Origin: Thermoanaerobaculia bacterium
GTDB taxonomy: Bacteria > Acidobacteriota > Thermoanaerobaculia > Multivoradales > UBA5704
DNA length: 64,000 bases
Assembly: GCA_044226625.1 (NCBI GenBank)
Contig: JBGAGQ010000007.1
Coordinates: forward strand, 1-64,000
Reading direction: 5' to 3'
Below are positions 41,600 through 50,518 of this stretch, piece by piece (position 1 is the first letter of the stretch; the number at the start of each line of letters is the position of its first letter). A program made the translations under genes and the position numbers. The notes beneath the pieces were generated by a model that did no database searches, was not told the origin of the DNA, and was given only the letters and a program-made list of their open reading frames with translations.

Positions 41600-43075
41600 A
41601 TGGCTCGGCTCAGGAATGCCGTTGTCTCTGGGTTTTTCGTCGCCGCCGGTCCATTCGCCTTCTGCTTGGCGTCTCGAGCCGAACCACGCCCGGTCCGCCC
41701 CAATCCCGTTTTCCTCTCGCCGCAGTCTTCTGTTGCGACGGGTCGCACCCTCCTCGTCGTCGGGCAAGGCGAGCTCCGTTTCGATTCGAGGGATCTGACC
41801 GAGGTTTCGCTGGACGCTTCCGCGGATTCCGGCAGGACCTGGCAGCCTATTCGAGCCGTGGTGGGCCTCGACGGAGAACAGAGCGAGCTCTGGCAGGCCT
41901 ATTGGGACACTGCGTCGATCCCCTCGGGCTTCTATCTCATCCGGGCGACGATGACGTATCGGCAGGACGGACAGCTGCGGCGGCGATTCCGTTGTCGGGG
42001 GATGGTCGTCAACCGCCCGCCGGTCGTTCGCTCGGTCCACGTCGTTCCCGATTTCGAGCCGGGTTACGTCCGTTTCGACGGGTCGGACGTCATCGATCCC
42101 GACGGAGAGGTGAAGTACTGGCGCTGGGATTTCGGAGATCCGACCGCCAACCAGGAAGCGCGGTTCTCCCGCGGGGGCCGGGAAGCGATCACCTACTTCG
42201 CCGAGCCCGACCGTTGCTACTCCGTCCGCCTGCTCATAGCCGACGAGCACGACGCGACGACGGAAGCCGTTTATCGGCTCTGCCCCGGCGAGTCGGGCGT
42301 GCTGATCAGCGTCGATCGCACCTGCACCTGCAAGAGCCTCAAAGTGAGAACACGGGGGCAGGCCTTGGGCCCCGACGCCAACGGATCCGCTTGGCCGGAG
42401 ATGGCGAAACTGTTCGACGGGAAGACCCTAGGGCCGCTTCGCGAGAACCCCAAGAACACCAGCAAGCGGGTCGGGTTCTCGTTCGAAGTCGTCGCGGAAG
42501 TCGAGGGTAACGCTTCGCTCTGCCCCGAGACACAGCTCATCAAGCGGACCTTCGGCGAGCTCCACCCTGGCATCGAGGATCACAAGATCTACACCGGCAA
42601 GGCCGACCGGAATCTCGACGGCATCTCGGAGATGGACAGCTCTGACGAGCCCGGTTGCACCACCGCCGGCGGAACCTGGGCGCGGGCCACCGCGGATAAA
42701 CCCGGACGCTGCGAGTTTCCCCAAAGTGGGGACGGTTATGCCCCGGACAGCATGAGCGACGGCTTGCTGCTGGGTAGCGACTATGACCGGCCGGTGACCG
42801 ACGGCTACAAGCAGCACGTAGGGACCAAGATCCTCTGGTTCGACACGCCCGGTTTTTCGGGCGATCTTGCGCTGGGCGCTTCCTACAAGGCCGATTTCAT
42901 CGCGATGCTGAGGAGTAGCCCGCCGTCCAACCTCTATTGCTACGCGAAATTCCAGGTAGACCTCGAACGAAAGAACGGCGGCAACAAGGAGGAGCTCACC
43001 TCAAGCTTCGAGATCAACTCGGACGGCGACGTCATCGGGAGAGTGGACCAGGAAAGCGTCGAGGGTGTTCCTTGA
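41600..43075 (+). CDS. Secreted protein with a PKD-like domain and a Cys-containing C-terminal region
   Basis: GGAGG RBS; N-terminal signal-like segment; NRPPV...VRFDGSDVIDPDGEVKYWRWDFGD PKD signature. Confidence 0.75.
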   Translation: MARLRNAVVSGFFVAAGPFAFCLASRAEPRPVRPNPVFLSPQSSVATGRTLLVVGQGELRFDSRDLTEVSLDASADSGRTWQPIRAVVGLDGEQSELWQAYWDTASIPSGFYLIRATMTYRQDGQLRRRFRCRGMVVNRPPVVRSVHVVPDFEPGYVRFDGSDVIDPDGEVKYWRWDFGDPTANQEARFSRGGREAITYFAEPDRCYSVRLLIADEHDATTEAVYRLCPGESGVLISVDRTCTCKSLKVRTRGQALGPDANGSAWPEMAKLFDGKTLGPLRENPKNTSKRVGFSFEVVAEVEGNASLCPETQLIKRTFGELHPGIEDHKIYTGKADRNLDGISEMDSSDEPGCTTAGGTWARATADKPGRCEFPQSGDGYAPDSMSDGLLLGSDYDRPVTDGYKQHVGTKILWFDTPGFSGDLALGASYKADFIAMLRSSPPSNLYCYAKFQVDLERKNGGNKEELTSSFEINSDGDVIGRVDQESVEGVP

Positions 43076-43108
43076 TCCGGATTCTTGAGCCTGGGCAACG
43101 ACCTTCGC

Positions 43109-43423
43109 TCAGCCTACGAATCTCCAGCCATGGATCAAGCCGCCGATCACAAGGCCTCCCAGGCCGCCGAGGACGAGAATGGGCAGATAAGACTTGGTGA
43201 CGATGGCCGACGGCAGGCTGAGCAGAACACCGAACGAGAGACCCACGAGCCAACCCGGCGCAGGCAGTTGTACGCAGCCGATCACCACGCCGATGGCGAA
43301 ACGGTCCCAGAAGGCGGCCATCAAGGCTGCTCTCTTGTCCGGAAACGACAACGGAATCATCATGGCGACCGCGATGGCGCCGAACACGGCTCCTGCAATC
43401 AAACCCAAGACCGGATCCGACAT
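43109..43423 (-). CDS. Small integral membrane protein (about 4 TM)
   Basis: 104 aa, almost entirely hydrophobic Gly-rich helices; GGAGG upstream. Confidence 0.75.
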   Translation of the reverse strand: MSDPVLGLIAGAVFGAIAVAMMIPLSFPDKRAALMAAFWDRFAIGVVIGCVQLPAPGWLVGLSFGVLLSLPSAIVTKSYLPILVLGGLGGLVIGGLIHGWRFVG

Positions 43424-43449
43424 TTCGTTCCTCCCGGGATGAAGGCCCC

Positions 43450-43803
43450 TCAGCCGCTGATTGCGTAGGCGGCGGCAAGCCAGCGAGACAATTCGGCGTC
43501 CACGTCGTCCGGCGAGGCGAGCTTCACCTTCTGATGATAGCGCCTCGCGGACAGCCGTTCCGATTTGGAGATTCGCGGGCTTTCGATCGGGACTTCGGAT
43601 TTGAGGTTCACGAGGAGATAATCCCGCCGCACCTCGACCCCTGCTAGGGCGGAAGACCGCACGAGGTGAATCGAAGTTTTCTTCGGATCTTCCTGAACCG
43701 GCCCGATCGTGCGAAGCACGTTGAGGAGCTTCGCGTAGGTCTCCCCCACCAGGGCCGACCTTCCTTGAAAATGGTCGGCCACGGAGACTTCTTCAGCTGA
43801 CAC
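43450..43803 (-). CDS. DUF5655-like small protein
   Basis: GAGGG upstream of GTG; motifs PKKTSIHL and DVDAELSRWLAAAY are typical of this family (recalled, not searched). Confidence 0.7.
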   Translation of the reverse strand: MSAEEVSVADHFQGRSALVGETYAKLLNVLRTIGPVQEDPKKTSIHLVRSSALAGVEVRRDYLLVNLKSEVPIESPRISKSERLSARRYHQKVKLASPDDVDAELSRWLAAAYAISG

Positions 43804-43903
43804 GAGGTCCCTCCTGGTTCGGCGGATGCTCCAGTCACTCTACCTCAGCTCGCCGTTCGCAACCGGGGTTCGAGGACGAGCGATGGGCCGGCTTGATTCA
43901 GGC

Positions 43904-45256
43904 TTACCGCGCCCCGCGCTCGATCGCCACAACCGACTGGGCGGCTTCCCGCAGCAACACGACGGTCGCCCGGTCCTGCCGCGCCGCCTGTTCCAGCAGC
44001 AAAAGCGCGGCGAGTGCCTCGCGAGCGATGCCTCGACTGGTGAACTGCAAGAGGATCTCCTCGACCGCGCCGCGAACCTCTTCGGTGCGGCCGGTGTGGA
44101 GCCAAACCTGGCACAGGTCGAGGGCCGCGAGGGCGGCGAGGAAGGGCAGGTCCATCTCCTCGAACTGCCTGCGCGCTTTGCGCAGGGTCGACTCCGCCTT
44201 GTGAAAGCGGCCGAGACCGAGATCTATCCGGCCGGAGAGCCAGTGTAAGCGGACGCGATCTTCGGATTGGACGTGCCGCTCGATGAGAGGGGCCAGCGGA
44301 ACAAAGAATCGTTCGGCCGGGCCGTACTGGCCTGAATCGGTCAGGGCGACAAGAACGTTGTACAACGCAGTCGCCCAGAGAACAGGTTCGCGTGACGGAT
44401 CGAACTGATCGAGCGCGCGGCAAAACTGGCGAATCGCCTCCGTCTTGAGACCGCGCTCGTTCAGGAAGCGCCCGAGGTTCATGCAGGCTCGGCTCGCAGC
44501 TGGAAAATCACCGGCCGTGCGATATAGCCGTTCCGCGAGAGAGATCTGTCGTTCGGCTTCATCAAATCGCTTGATGTCAAACCATAGCGAACTCGAGAGA
44601 TCGAGAAGCTCACCGAGAAGGAAAGGCGCACCCGTCCCGCGTTGGGCACCGGCCATCGCCGCATCGAATGCTTGCTCGGCCCGGGCGAATTCACCACGCC
44701 GCCGATGAGCGTTGGCTCTTTCGGCCCAGGCCCGGGCCAAATGGTCCGCTTGTTCTCTCGACTCTCGAGATTTTGGCAGCACCTGCGCCGCCTGGAGTGC
44801 CCAGCCGGCGGCGATCTCGTAGTCGCCGGGATCGGCCCGGCGGAGCGAGCGGGCGCGATCCAGGAGCGCAACGGCACGGGCCAAGGCAATCGCCGGGTGG
44901 GCATTCGCGACGGACCGCTCGCTCACGAGAAGCGGCTCGATCGCCAGCAGCGCTTTCTTCCGTGCGGCATCGAGACTACCCGCGAACTTGCCGGCTTTGC
45001 GCAACACGAAGTCGTAGTCTGGCTTGGGGCCGCGCCGGGCGAAATTCGGCGGCAGGCCCGGGTCGGCGTCGTGCCAGCCGCGCAGCTTCGCGCGACAAGG
45101 CTCGCAGCCTGCCAGCACGTGGCGCAGAATCTCACTACGCTCCGCGGCGCTTACCCGGGCAAGAAAGAACGCCTGGAGCCGTGCGGTCTTCGGATGGCGC
45201 GGCGGCCGCGGGGAGCGCTTGAACATGGACCCTTTCCTTTGCAGGATGTCCGTCAT
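43904..45256 (-). CDS. TPR-like helical-repeat protein with an N-terminal HxxxxCxxC (zf-HC2-like) motif
   Basis: RHVLAGCEPCR followed by Ala/Leu-rich helical repeats (AWAERANAHRRRGEFARAEQAF; LSGRIDLGLGRFHKAESTL). Confidence 0.75.
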   Translation of the reverse strand: MTDILQRKGSMFKRSPRPPRHPKTARLQAFFLARVSAAERSEILRHVLAGCEPCRAKLRGWHDADPGLPPNFARRGPKPDYDFVLRKAGKFAGSLDAARKKALLAIEPLLVSERSVANAHPAIALARAVALLDRARSLRRADPGDYEIAAGWALQAAQVLPKSRESREQADHLARAWAERANAHRRRGEFARAEQAFDAAMAGAQRGTGAPFLLGELLDLSSSLWFDIKRFDEAERQISLAERLYRTAGDFPAASRACMNLGRFLNERGLKTEAIRQFCRALDQFDPSREPVLWATALYNVLVALTDSGQYGPAERFFVPLAPLIERHVQSEDRVRLHWLSGRIDLGLGRFHKAESTLRKARRQFEEMDLPFLAALAALDLCQVWLHTGRTEEVRGAVEEILLQFTSRGIAREALAALLLLEQAARQDRATVVLLREAAQSVVAIERGAR

Positions 45257-45719
45257 TTCGCGAGGCGACTAAATTGTCGCACAGGCGCAGCGGGCTATGG
45301 AAGCTAGAAATTCTTTTCGGATTTCCTGACGGCTCCATTTCTCTCCACTGAAGCTCACCGATCGCGCTCAATGCCACTTAGAGAGTCTCCGACACCGCCT
45401 TTAGATTTTGTCCGATAACCATGGAATTTGCCCGTGTATCCAAAAATAGCGGACATAAGACGAAGAAAAGGAATCTGAGAAGACTATTCGCCTCGCCACG
45501 CACCAAATACTGGACGTTGCCGATAAAATCCATTAAGTTCTCGGAATCGACAACGCCGCGCGCCCACCTGGAGGATACGCGCGCCATCCGAGCAGCCAAA
45601 CCGGTGCCCTCTCTGGCATGCTCGCCGTTGTGAATGCAACCCGCTTCGGCGCGTTGCCCCCGCGGGCGCGGGGGCCCTGCCGGCCCTTCCAGCGATCCAC
45701 GGGCTCGGAGGAATCATCC

Positions 45720-46043
45720 ATGGCTCATCCTCGCTTCCCGCGTGTTCTCTTCCCCCTTACCCTGGTTGTCGGATTCGCCATCTTCGCCCCAGTCCGCTCC
45801 TATGCTGCCGCCGGCAGTTTCGAGTTTGTCTGGGAACGACTGTCCGATCTCCTCTGGGGCAGGGCAGCTGGAGACGCACGAATCGGCATGGACTCATGCG
45901 GAAGGCCGGCGCCAAGTGGTCTAACGGCTGGAGGGGCGAAGGGCCTGTTTGCGAACAATGGCATCTCTATGGATCCGAACGGCAGGCCCGAGCCGAATGG
46001 TGTCACGGGGGGCGGTAGCGCAGCGCCGCTGCAGGACAACTGA
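45720..46043 (+). CDS. Small secreted peptide/protein (107 aa) with two MDxxGRP repeats
   Basis: GGAGG RBS at ~45707; signal peptide (VLFPLTLVVGFAIFAPVRSYA-A); RIGMDSCGRP and GISMDPNGRP. Confidence 0.65.
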   Translation: MAHPRFPRVLFPLTLVVGFAIFAPVRSYAAAGSFEFVWERLSDLLWGRAAGDARIGMDSCGRPAPSGLTAGGAKGLFANNGISMDPNGRPEPNGVTGGGSAAPLQDN

Positions 46044-46084
46044 CTAGGATGGATCCGGAGGGACCCTCGATATTGAAAGATGGC

Positions 46085-46130
46085 TTGCCCCGGCAGGCTT
46101 AGGAAGACTGCCGGGGCGGATTGTTTCTTT
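46085..46130 (+). terminator. Rho-independent terminator
   Basis: Stem GCCCCGGCAG/CTGCCGGGGC followed by ATTGTTTCTTT, just downstream of the small peptide gene. Confidence 0.7.
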
Positions 46131-46224
46131 ATCCGCAGCGATAGAAGGCGACGCGTACTCTCGGCTTGTCCCCCGCTGCGCCGCCGGGCAGCGCACCGAG
46201 CCCGTTACTGAACGCTTACGGGTC

Positions 46225-47520
46225 TTAAGGTCGCCGTGTGACGCCTTCACCATGCAGTTGAGGGTGCTTCAGGAAGATCCGCTGGTCTTCGTCGATGATC
46301 ATGAGCGCGCGATCCGGCTCGATCCGGAAGCTCTTTTCCGGGAGATCGACGTTCACTCCGAGCTCCTGCACCGTGTAGTGGAGCTCGCCGAGCGATTCGC
46401 CGTTCTCTCCCAAGCCCGCGAGCACGATGTGCCAAGGGAACGCGAGAGAGCTTCCCTTCGGCGTCCGGTAGTCGAGCAACTCCATCCGCGTGAAGACTTC
46501 ACCTCCCCGATGGACCAGCTCGATCCGATGAACCTGGCTTGTTTGCCCGTCGATCCCTATGCGGAAAAAATAGGCTTCACCGCCCAGAATACCCCCCGGT
46601 AGCTCGATCACGAGACCTTCTTTCGTCCTACGTTCCGTCGCGGCTCCAACGCGAGCCTGCCAGCGCGCCGGATCCAGGATGGACTCTCGGGTCGGGATAC
46701 AAGGCGAGCAGTCGTCGTCTCCCCAGCCAAGAAATCCAGCGGGCAGGAACAAAGGGTTCGGGAAGGGGAAGGGCGCGGCCCCTTTCGGCCGCCGCGAAAG
46801 GTGGAGGCGCTTCTCCTCGGGATAGAACAACTGGTAAGTCGCTCCGTCGTACGCCGTCTCGATCCCTGGGGCGAGCCCGAAACGGGGGTCGATACTGGCG
46901 CTGGCAAAGATCCGATCGCCTTGCTCCGCATAGGCGAACATCCCCTCGCTGCTGCGATCCGTACGCCAAGCCCAGACGGTCGCCCGGAAACGAACCGACC
47001 GCAGGTTCTCGTAGAAGTCGACCAGAGCGCGAAGCGCCCCTTCCGCTCGCGGCGCGATCTCGCGCGATCCACCCGTCGGGACATAGGTCGACCGCGGGGA
47101 AACCGGCGGGATCGAGGGCCGGCTCCAAGCGGCAAGCTGGTCCGGATCGACCGGCCTGAGCATTTGGTTCAACACCTCGGGTGAGGTATCGCACGGCATT
47201 CCGGCCCCGCATTCACGACATCCGCCGCCTCCCTCCGCGGCACCACAAACGGAAGTCGAGAGAGGATTGCCACAAGGACATCGAGCCGGGATCATCCCCA
47301 AGAGGAAGCAACTCTTCGTTCCACAGGCCCCTCCGGCATTCCATCCCTCCCCGGTGTTGGCCACCAAGGTCACCGGAACGAAAGAGGTCGGACTCTTGAT
47401 GCAAGCCGGCTCGAGGGGGGCGCACGTCAGAACATCCGTGTGGCAGGTGAGCTGGGAGGATCCAGCAACCGAGAAGAAGGCGGAGAAGGTCAGGGCGCTG
47501 AAACGAGGAAGGGTTCGCAT
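46225..47520 (-). CDS. Secreted protein: Cys-rich N-terminal domain plus a LolA/LppX-like beta-rich C-terminal domain
   Basis: GAGGA RBS, signal peptide and 11 Cys within ~90 aa. The C-terminal part has ETAYDGATYQLFYP and LAFPWHIV...VQELGVNVDLPEKSF patterns. Confidence 0.65.
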   Translation of the reverse strand: MRTLPRFSALTFSAFFSVAGSSQLTCHTDVLTCAPLEPACIKSPTSFVPVTLVANTGEGWNAGGACGTKSCFLLGMIPARCPCGNPLSTSVCGAAEGGGGCRECGAGMPCDTSPEVLNQMLRPVDPDQLAAWSRPSIPPVSPRSTYVPTGGSREIAPRAEGALRALVDFYENLRSVRFRATVWAWRTDRSSEGMFAYAEQGDRIFASASIDPRFGLAPGIETAYDGATYQLFYPEEKRLHLSRRPKGAAPFPFPNPLFLPAGFLGWGDDDCSPCIPTRESILDPARWQARVGAATERRTKEGLVIELPGGILGGEAYFFRIGIDGQTSQVHRIELVHRGGEVFTRMELLDYRTPKGSSLAFPWHIVLAGLGENGESLGELHYTVQELGVNVDLPEKSFRIEPDRALMIIDEDQRIFLKHPQLHGEGVTRRP

Positions 47521-47746
47521 GTTCGTCCTCTTTTCTACCTTCAGATACCGCGCACAGGCTGTTCCGATCTCGCTCTCCTGTCAACCCCTCGCCGGCCCGC
47601 AGCTCACGCCGCCCTTCGCTGACCGTCTGCGTGACATCTCGCGGTTGAAGCGCTCGCCCACGTCCTGCTGAAGGCAGAATTCGGCACCTGCCGATAAGAG
47701 CGATCCTAAAGCAGTGCTTCTGGATCACGAAGCCAAATCTCATCGC

Positions 47747-47775
47747 TTGACAGGTGAAATCCATCGCCTTATCGT
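47747..47775 (+). promoter_or_regulatory. sigma70-type promoter overlapped by a direct repeat
   Basis: TTGACA-N17-TATCGT; AAATCTCATCGCTT and AAATCCATCGCCTT abut or overlap the -35 and -10 boxes. Confidence 0.6.
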
Positions 47776-47896
47776 CTAGCGCCATGAAGCAACGAAAAAT
47801 TGCCTTATGACTACAAGAACTCCCTCGCGGCAACCAACGAGATCCCGCCGCGATGTCCCGATCAGCTCAACCCACCCAACGAGAGGACGACAAGCC

Positions 47897-48241
47897 ATGA
47901 CCGATCCGAGCCCGCTCGAAGCCAGCGACGAATCTCAATCCGTCGCCGCCCCACCGCCTCCGGTCTCCCTCAAGTCGGAGCGCATTCAGCTCGCCCTCCG
48001 CGAGCTGCCCGGATGGGAGTTGACGGCCGACGGCGACGCCATCGAGCGTCTCTACAACTGCACCAGCCTCGAGGCGGCGCTGACCTTCCTTTGTTTCACT
48101 CTGACGACCTCGTTCGATCGGAAGCGCACCGCCCGGGCGACGATCGAAGAAACGAGCGTTCGTCTTCGGCTGTTCACCCCGGCCGCCGGAGGCGTCACCC
48201 AGCCGGATATCGACTTCGCCTATCTGCTCGACCGGCGATGA
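47897..48241 (+). CDS. Pterin-4a-carbinolamine dehydratase (PCD/DCoH)-fold protein lacking the catalytic His motif
   Basis: LKSERIQLALRELPGWEL...IERLY..TSLEAALTF...VRLRLFTPAAGGVTQPDIDFAYLLD matches the PCD pattern, but the HHP motif is absent. GAGGA upstream. Confidence 0.7.
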   Translation: MTDPSPLEASDESQSVAAPPPPVSLKSERIQLALRELPGWELTADGDAIERLYNCTSLEAALTFLCFTLTTSFDRKRTARATIEETSVRLRLFTPAAGGVTQPDIDFAYLLDRR

Positions 48242-48296
48242 GCATCGAGGCCGGAGTCTTGGCGAACGAGGAGAGCGTGCTCCGATCGCCCGGTCG

Positions 48297-48836
48297 GTGG
48301 ATCGACCGGCGCCTCAGCCATTCTCCAGCGGGCTCGAATCGTTTCCCGACGGCTTCTTTCCAACGCCCGACGAGCCGTACCCGGTTCCCGTCGGCCTCTA
48401 CCCAACTCCCAACCGGCCGTACCCGCTTCCCGACGGCAGCTACCCGATTCCCGGCGGGCCCTACCCATGGTCCGACGGCCTCTACCCAATTCCCGACATG
48501 CCGTACCCAGGTCCCGACGACCGCTACCCAGAACCCGACGACCTCTACCCAGTTCCCTACGACTCCTACCCATGGCCCGACGACCTCTACCCAATTCCCA
48601 ACGAGCCGTACCCATGGCCCGACGGCCTCTACCCGATTCCCGACGAGCCGTACCCGGTTCCCATCGGGCTCTACCCGATTCCCGACGGACCGTACCCCGT
48701 TCTTCTCGGGCTCTCCCCGGATCTCGGCGAGCGGTACCCCGGTACCCCACGCCGTCGCCCGCTCCTAGCGCGATCTAACCCATCGCGGGGACCGACCCGC
48801 GATCTTTCTTGTAGGAGGTATTCATGGCCACCTTGA
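48297..48836 (+). CDS. Possible heptapeptide-repeat protein (YPxPDxx)n; the alternative frame 48238-48768 gives (TRFPTxx)n
   Basis: Open frame across the array with GC-rich third positions but no clear RBS. The alternative frame begins with an ATGA overlap on the upstream stop. Coding status unresolved. Confidence 0.3.
   Translation: MDRPAPQPFSSGLESFPDGFFPTPDEPYPVPVGLYPTPNRPYPLPDGSYPIPGGPYPWSDGLYPIPDMPYPGPDDRYPEPDDLYPVPYDSYPWPDDLYPIPNEPYPWPDGLYPIPDEPYPVPIGLYPIPDGPYPVLLGLSPDLGERYPGTPRRRPLLARSNPSRGPTRDLSCRRYSWPP
48336..48749. repeat. Strictly phased 21-bp degenerate tandem array (~20 units; consensus TACCCRNNNCCCGACGNNCYS)
   Basis: TACCC occurs at 48378, 48399, 48420 ... 48693 (16 consecutive units at exactly 21 nt) and again at 48735, with degenerate units at both ends. 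Confidence 0.93.
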
Positions 48837-49216
48837 ACGTCGCAGAACGACTCCGGTCCTGGGAACAGCTGTCGTCACAGCTGGCGCTCCGTCTGACCGA
48901 GGTCCCTCATCTCGAACGGCAGCACACCGAGCTGACCAGCCGCACGGCGCGCATCAAGACTCTTCAGGATAGCCGCCAGCGGCACAAAAGCGCGATGGCC
49001 CAGGATCAGGCGGAGCTCGACCTGGAAATCTTTCACGCCGGCGAGGTCTATTCGGCGCTGGCGGAGGCGCTCCGCGCCTCCTTCGGACGGCGGAACAAAG
49101 ACCTCCTGACGTTCGGGCTCCGTCCCCGACGCGCCTCGGCGAAGGCGCGCGAAGCGAACATCGAAGCCACCAGCACCAACCCACCCGTCCCCCCGGCGCC
49201 GCCGGCCACCACCTGA
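48824..49216 (+). CDS. Hypothetical alpha-helical (coiled-coil) protein, 130 aa
   Basis: Strong AGGAGG RBS; amphipathic helices; C-terminal LRASFGRRNKDLLTFGLRP motif, then a Pro-rich tail. Confidence 0.8.
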   Translation: MATLNVAERLRSWEQLSSQLALRLTEVPHLERQHTELTSRTARIKTLQDSRQRHKSAMAQDQAELDLEIFHAGEVYSALAEALRASFGRRNKDLLTFGLRPRRASAKAREANIEATSTNPPVPPAPPATT

Positions 49217-49226
49217 AGACCCCAGA

Positions 49227-49262
49227 GAGGCGGCTCGAGCCGGGGCCGCCTCCCTCCCCTTT
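49227..49262 (+). terminator. GC-rich hairpin after the 130-aa gene
   Basis: GAGGCGGCTC...GGGCCGCCTC stem followed by a pyrimidine run; the U tract is weak. Confidence 0.45.
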
Positions 49263-49297
49263 CGTGAAGATCGCGCTCGAAGCGCCGGAGAGATCCC

Positions 49298-49882
49298 ATG
49301 AATCCCACCGACTCGAAACGGATGGAAGGAAAAGAGTGGAAGCGACTGAACGCCTTCGCGGAAGGCTTTCTCGCGCTCATCAACCTGCTGGACGAAAGCT
49401 CGCATGCCGACCTTGAGGTCGAGTGGAGCGGACCGTGGGAGGTCCAACGCACCACGAGGCCGCACCCCTGGGGCGTGTCCCGATGGCAGCTTGAGGAGGA
49501 CTCGGCCGACGACGAACAGGCTCCCCGCGAACGTTCGCCGCTCGAATTCGACACATGGGAGCGAGCCTTGCTCGCGGCCGCGGTCCTGCCGATCCATGCC
49601 CGCGATCCGCTGATCGTCGAAGGAGAGAGCGAAGGCCAAGGGGTCGATCTTCTGGCCTACCGGCCGGAAGGAGCGTTCGGCGTCGTCGGCTGGGCGCTCG
49701 AGAGCAATCCGGACCTCCTCCGCGCGTTGCATGTGGCCGAAGGGCTTTCGCGCAATCCGCGCTCGCTGGCGATGGTGCTCGAAGCGGCGGGACCCGGTGG
49801 AATCCGGGCGACAGGACTCTATCTCGCGCGCAGACTTGCAGCGCGCGTCCGTGAAACCCCGGCGCAAGCCAAAAACGATTGA
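49298..49882 (+). CDS. Hypothetical protein (194 aa)
   Basis: GGAG upstream of ATG; co-oriented with its neighbours; protein-like composition. Confidence 0.7.
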   Translation: MNPTDSKRMEGKEWKRLNAFAEGFLALINLLDESSHADLEVEWSGPWEVQRTTRPHPWGVSRWQLEEDSADDEQAPRERSPLEFDTWERALLAAAVLPIHARDPLIVEGESEGQGVDLLAYRPEGAFGVVGWALESNPDLLRALHVAEGLSRNPRSLAMVLEAAGPGGIRATGLYLARRLAARVRETPAQAKND

Positions 49883-49915
49883 CGCCCAGAACGGTCACCC
49901 GCTAGGATTTTGGCC

Positions 49916-50413
49916 ATGATCGACCCGGAAAAGCGTGCGCTCGCCCTCCTGGACTTCTTGATCTCCACCAACGCGCTGTCGCTGCGAGACGTCGATCACA
50001 AATGCGGCTTCGCGCGCGGCACGACGGGCAATCTGCTGAATCGCCGCACCCGGCTTCGCTTCAACCAGATCTTCCAGATCCTCGAAGCGTGCAACGTCGA
50101 GCCGAAGGCCTTCTTCCTGGGGCTCTTCCCGCCCGAGCCCCCGGCCCGCCAGCCCGGCAGAAAATCAGTTCACCAGGAATTGATGGACGCGGCCGAGCGC
50201 GCCGGCCTGCTACAGGAGGAGCCCGTCTCGCCGCTGGTGCCGATGCTCCCGGCCGACGTATCCATGACCCCGGAAGACCTGGTGAAGATGGTCGAGATCC
50301 GCGTCCTCAAGGCCATCGAACAACAGCGCGAGCTGGACGAGACGAATCCGCCCAAAAAGCGCCCCCGCCGCCGGCCCGCCCCGAGGCGGCGGCGTAAGGC
50401 GGCGGAAGGGTAG
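49916..50413 (+). CDS. XRE/Cro-like HTH transcriptional regulator
   Basis: LSLRDVDHKCGFARGTTGNLLNRRTRLRFNQIFQILEACNVEPKAFF HTH pattern; basic C-terminal tail. Confidence 0.75.
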   Translation: MIDPEKRALALLDFLISTNALSLRDVDHKCGFARGTTGNLLNRRTRLRFNQIFQILEACNVEPKAFFLGLFPPEPPARQPGRKSVHQELMDAAERAGLLQEEPVSPLVPMLPADVSMTPEDLVKMVEIRVLKAIEQQRELDETNPPKKRPRRRPAPRRRRKAAEG

Positions 50414-50518
50414 GCCGAGGAAGGTTGGACGCCGGCGGAAACCAGCTCACCTGCAGCAAGTAGCGGCGCTCGCTTGGGCGTGAACGGCGGTCGAGATCTG
50501 ATGGTACCTTGAGAGGCC

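Noticed and set aside
48336-48749. CRISPR array interpretation of the 21-bp repeats
   Set aside because: No repeat-spacer structure, units too short and contiguous, and no cas genes.
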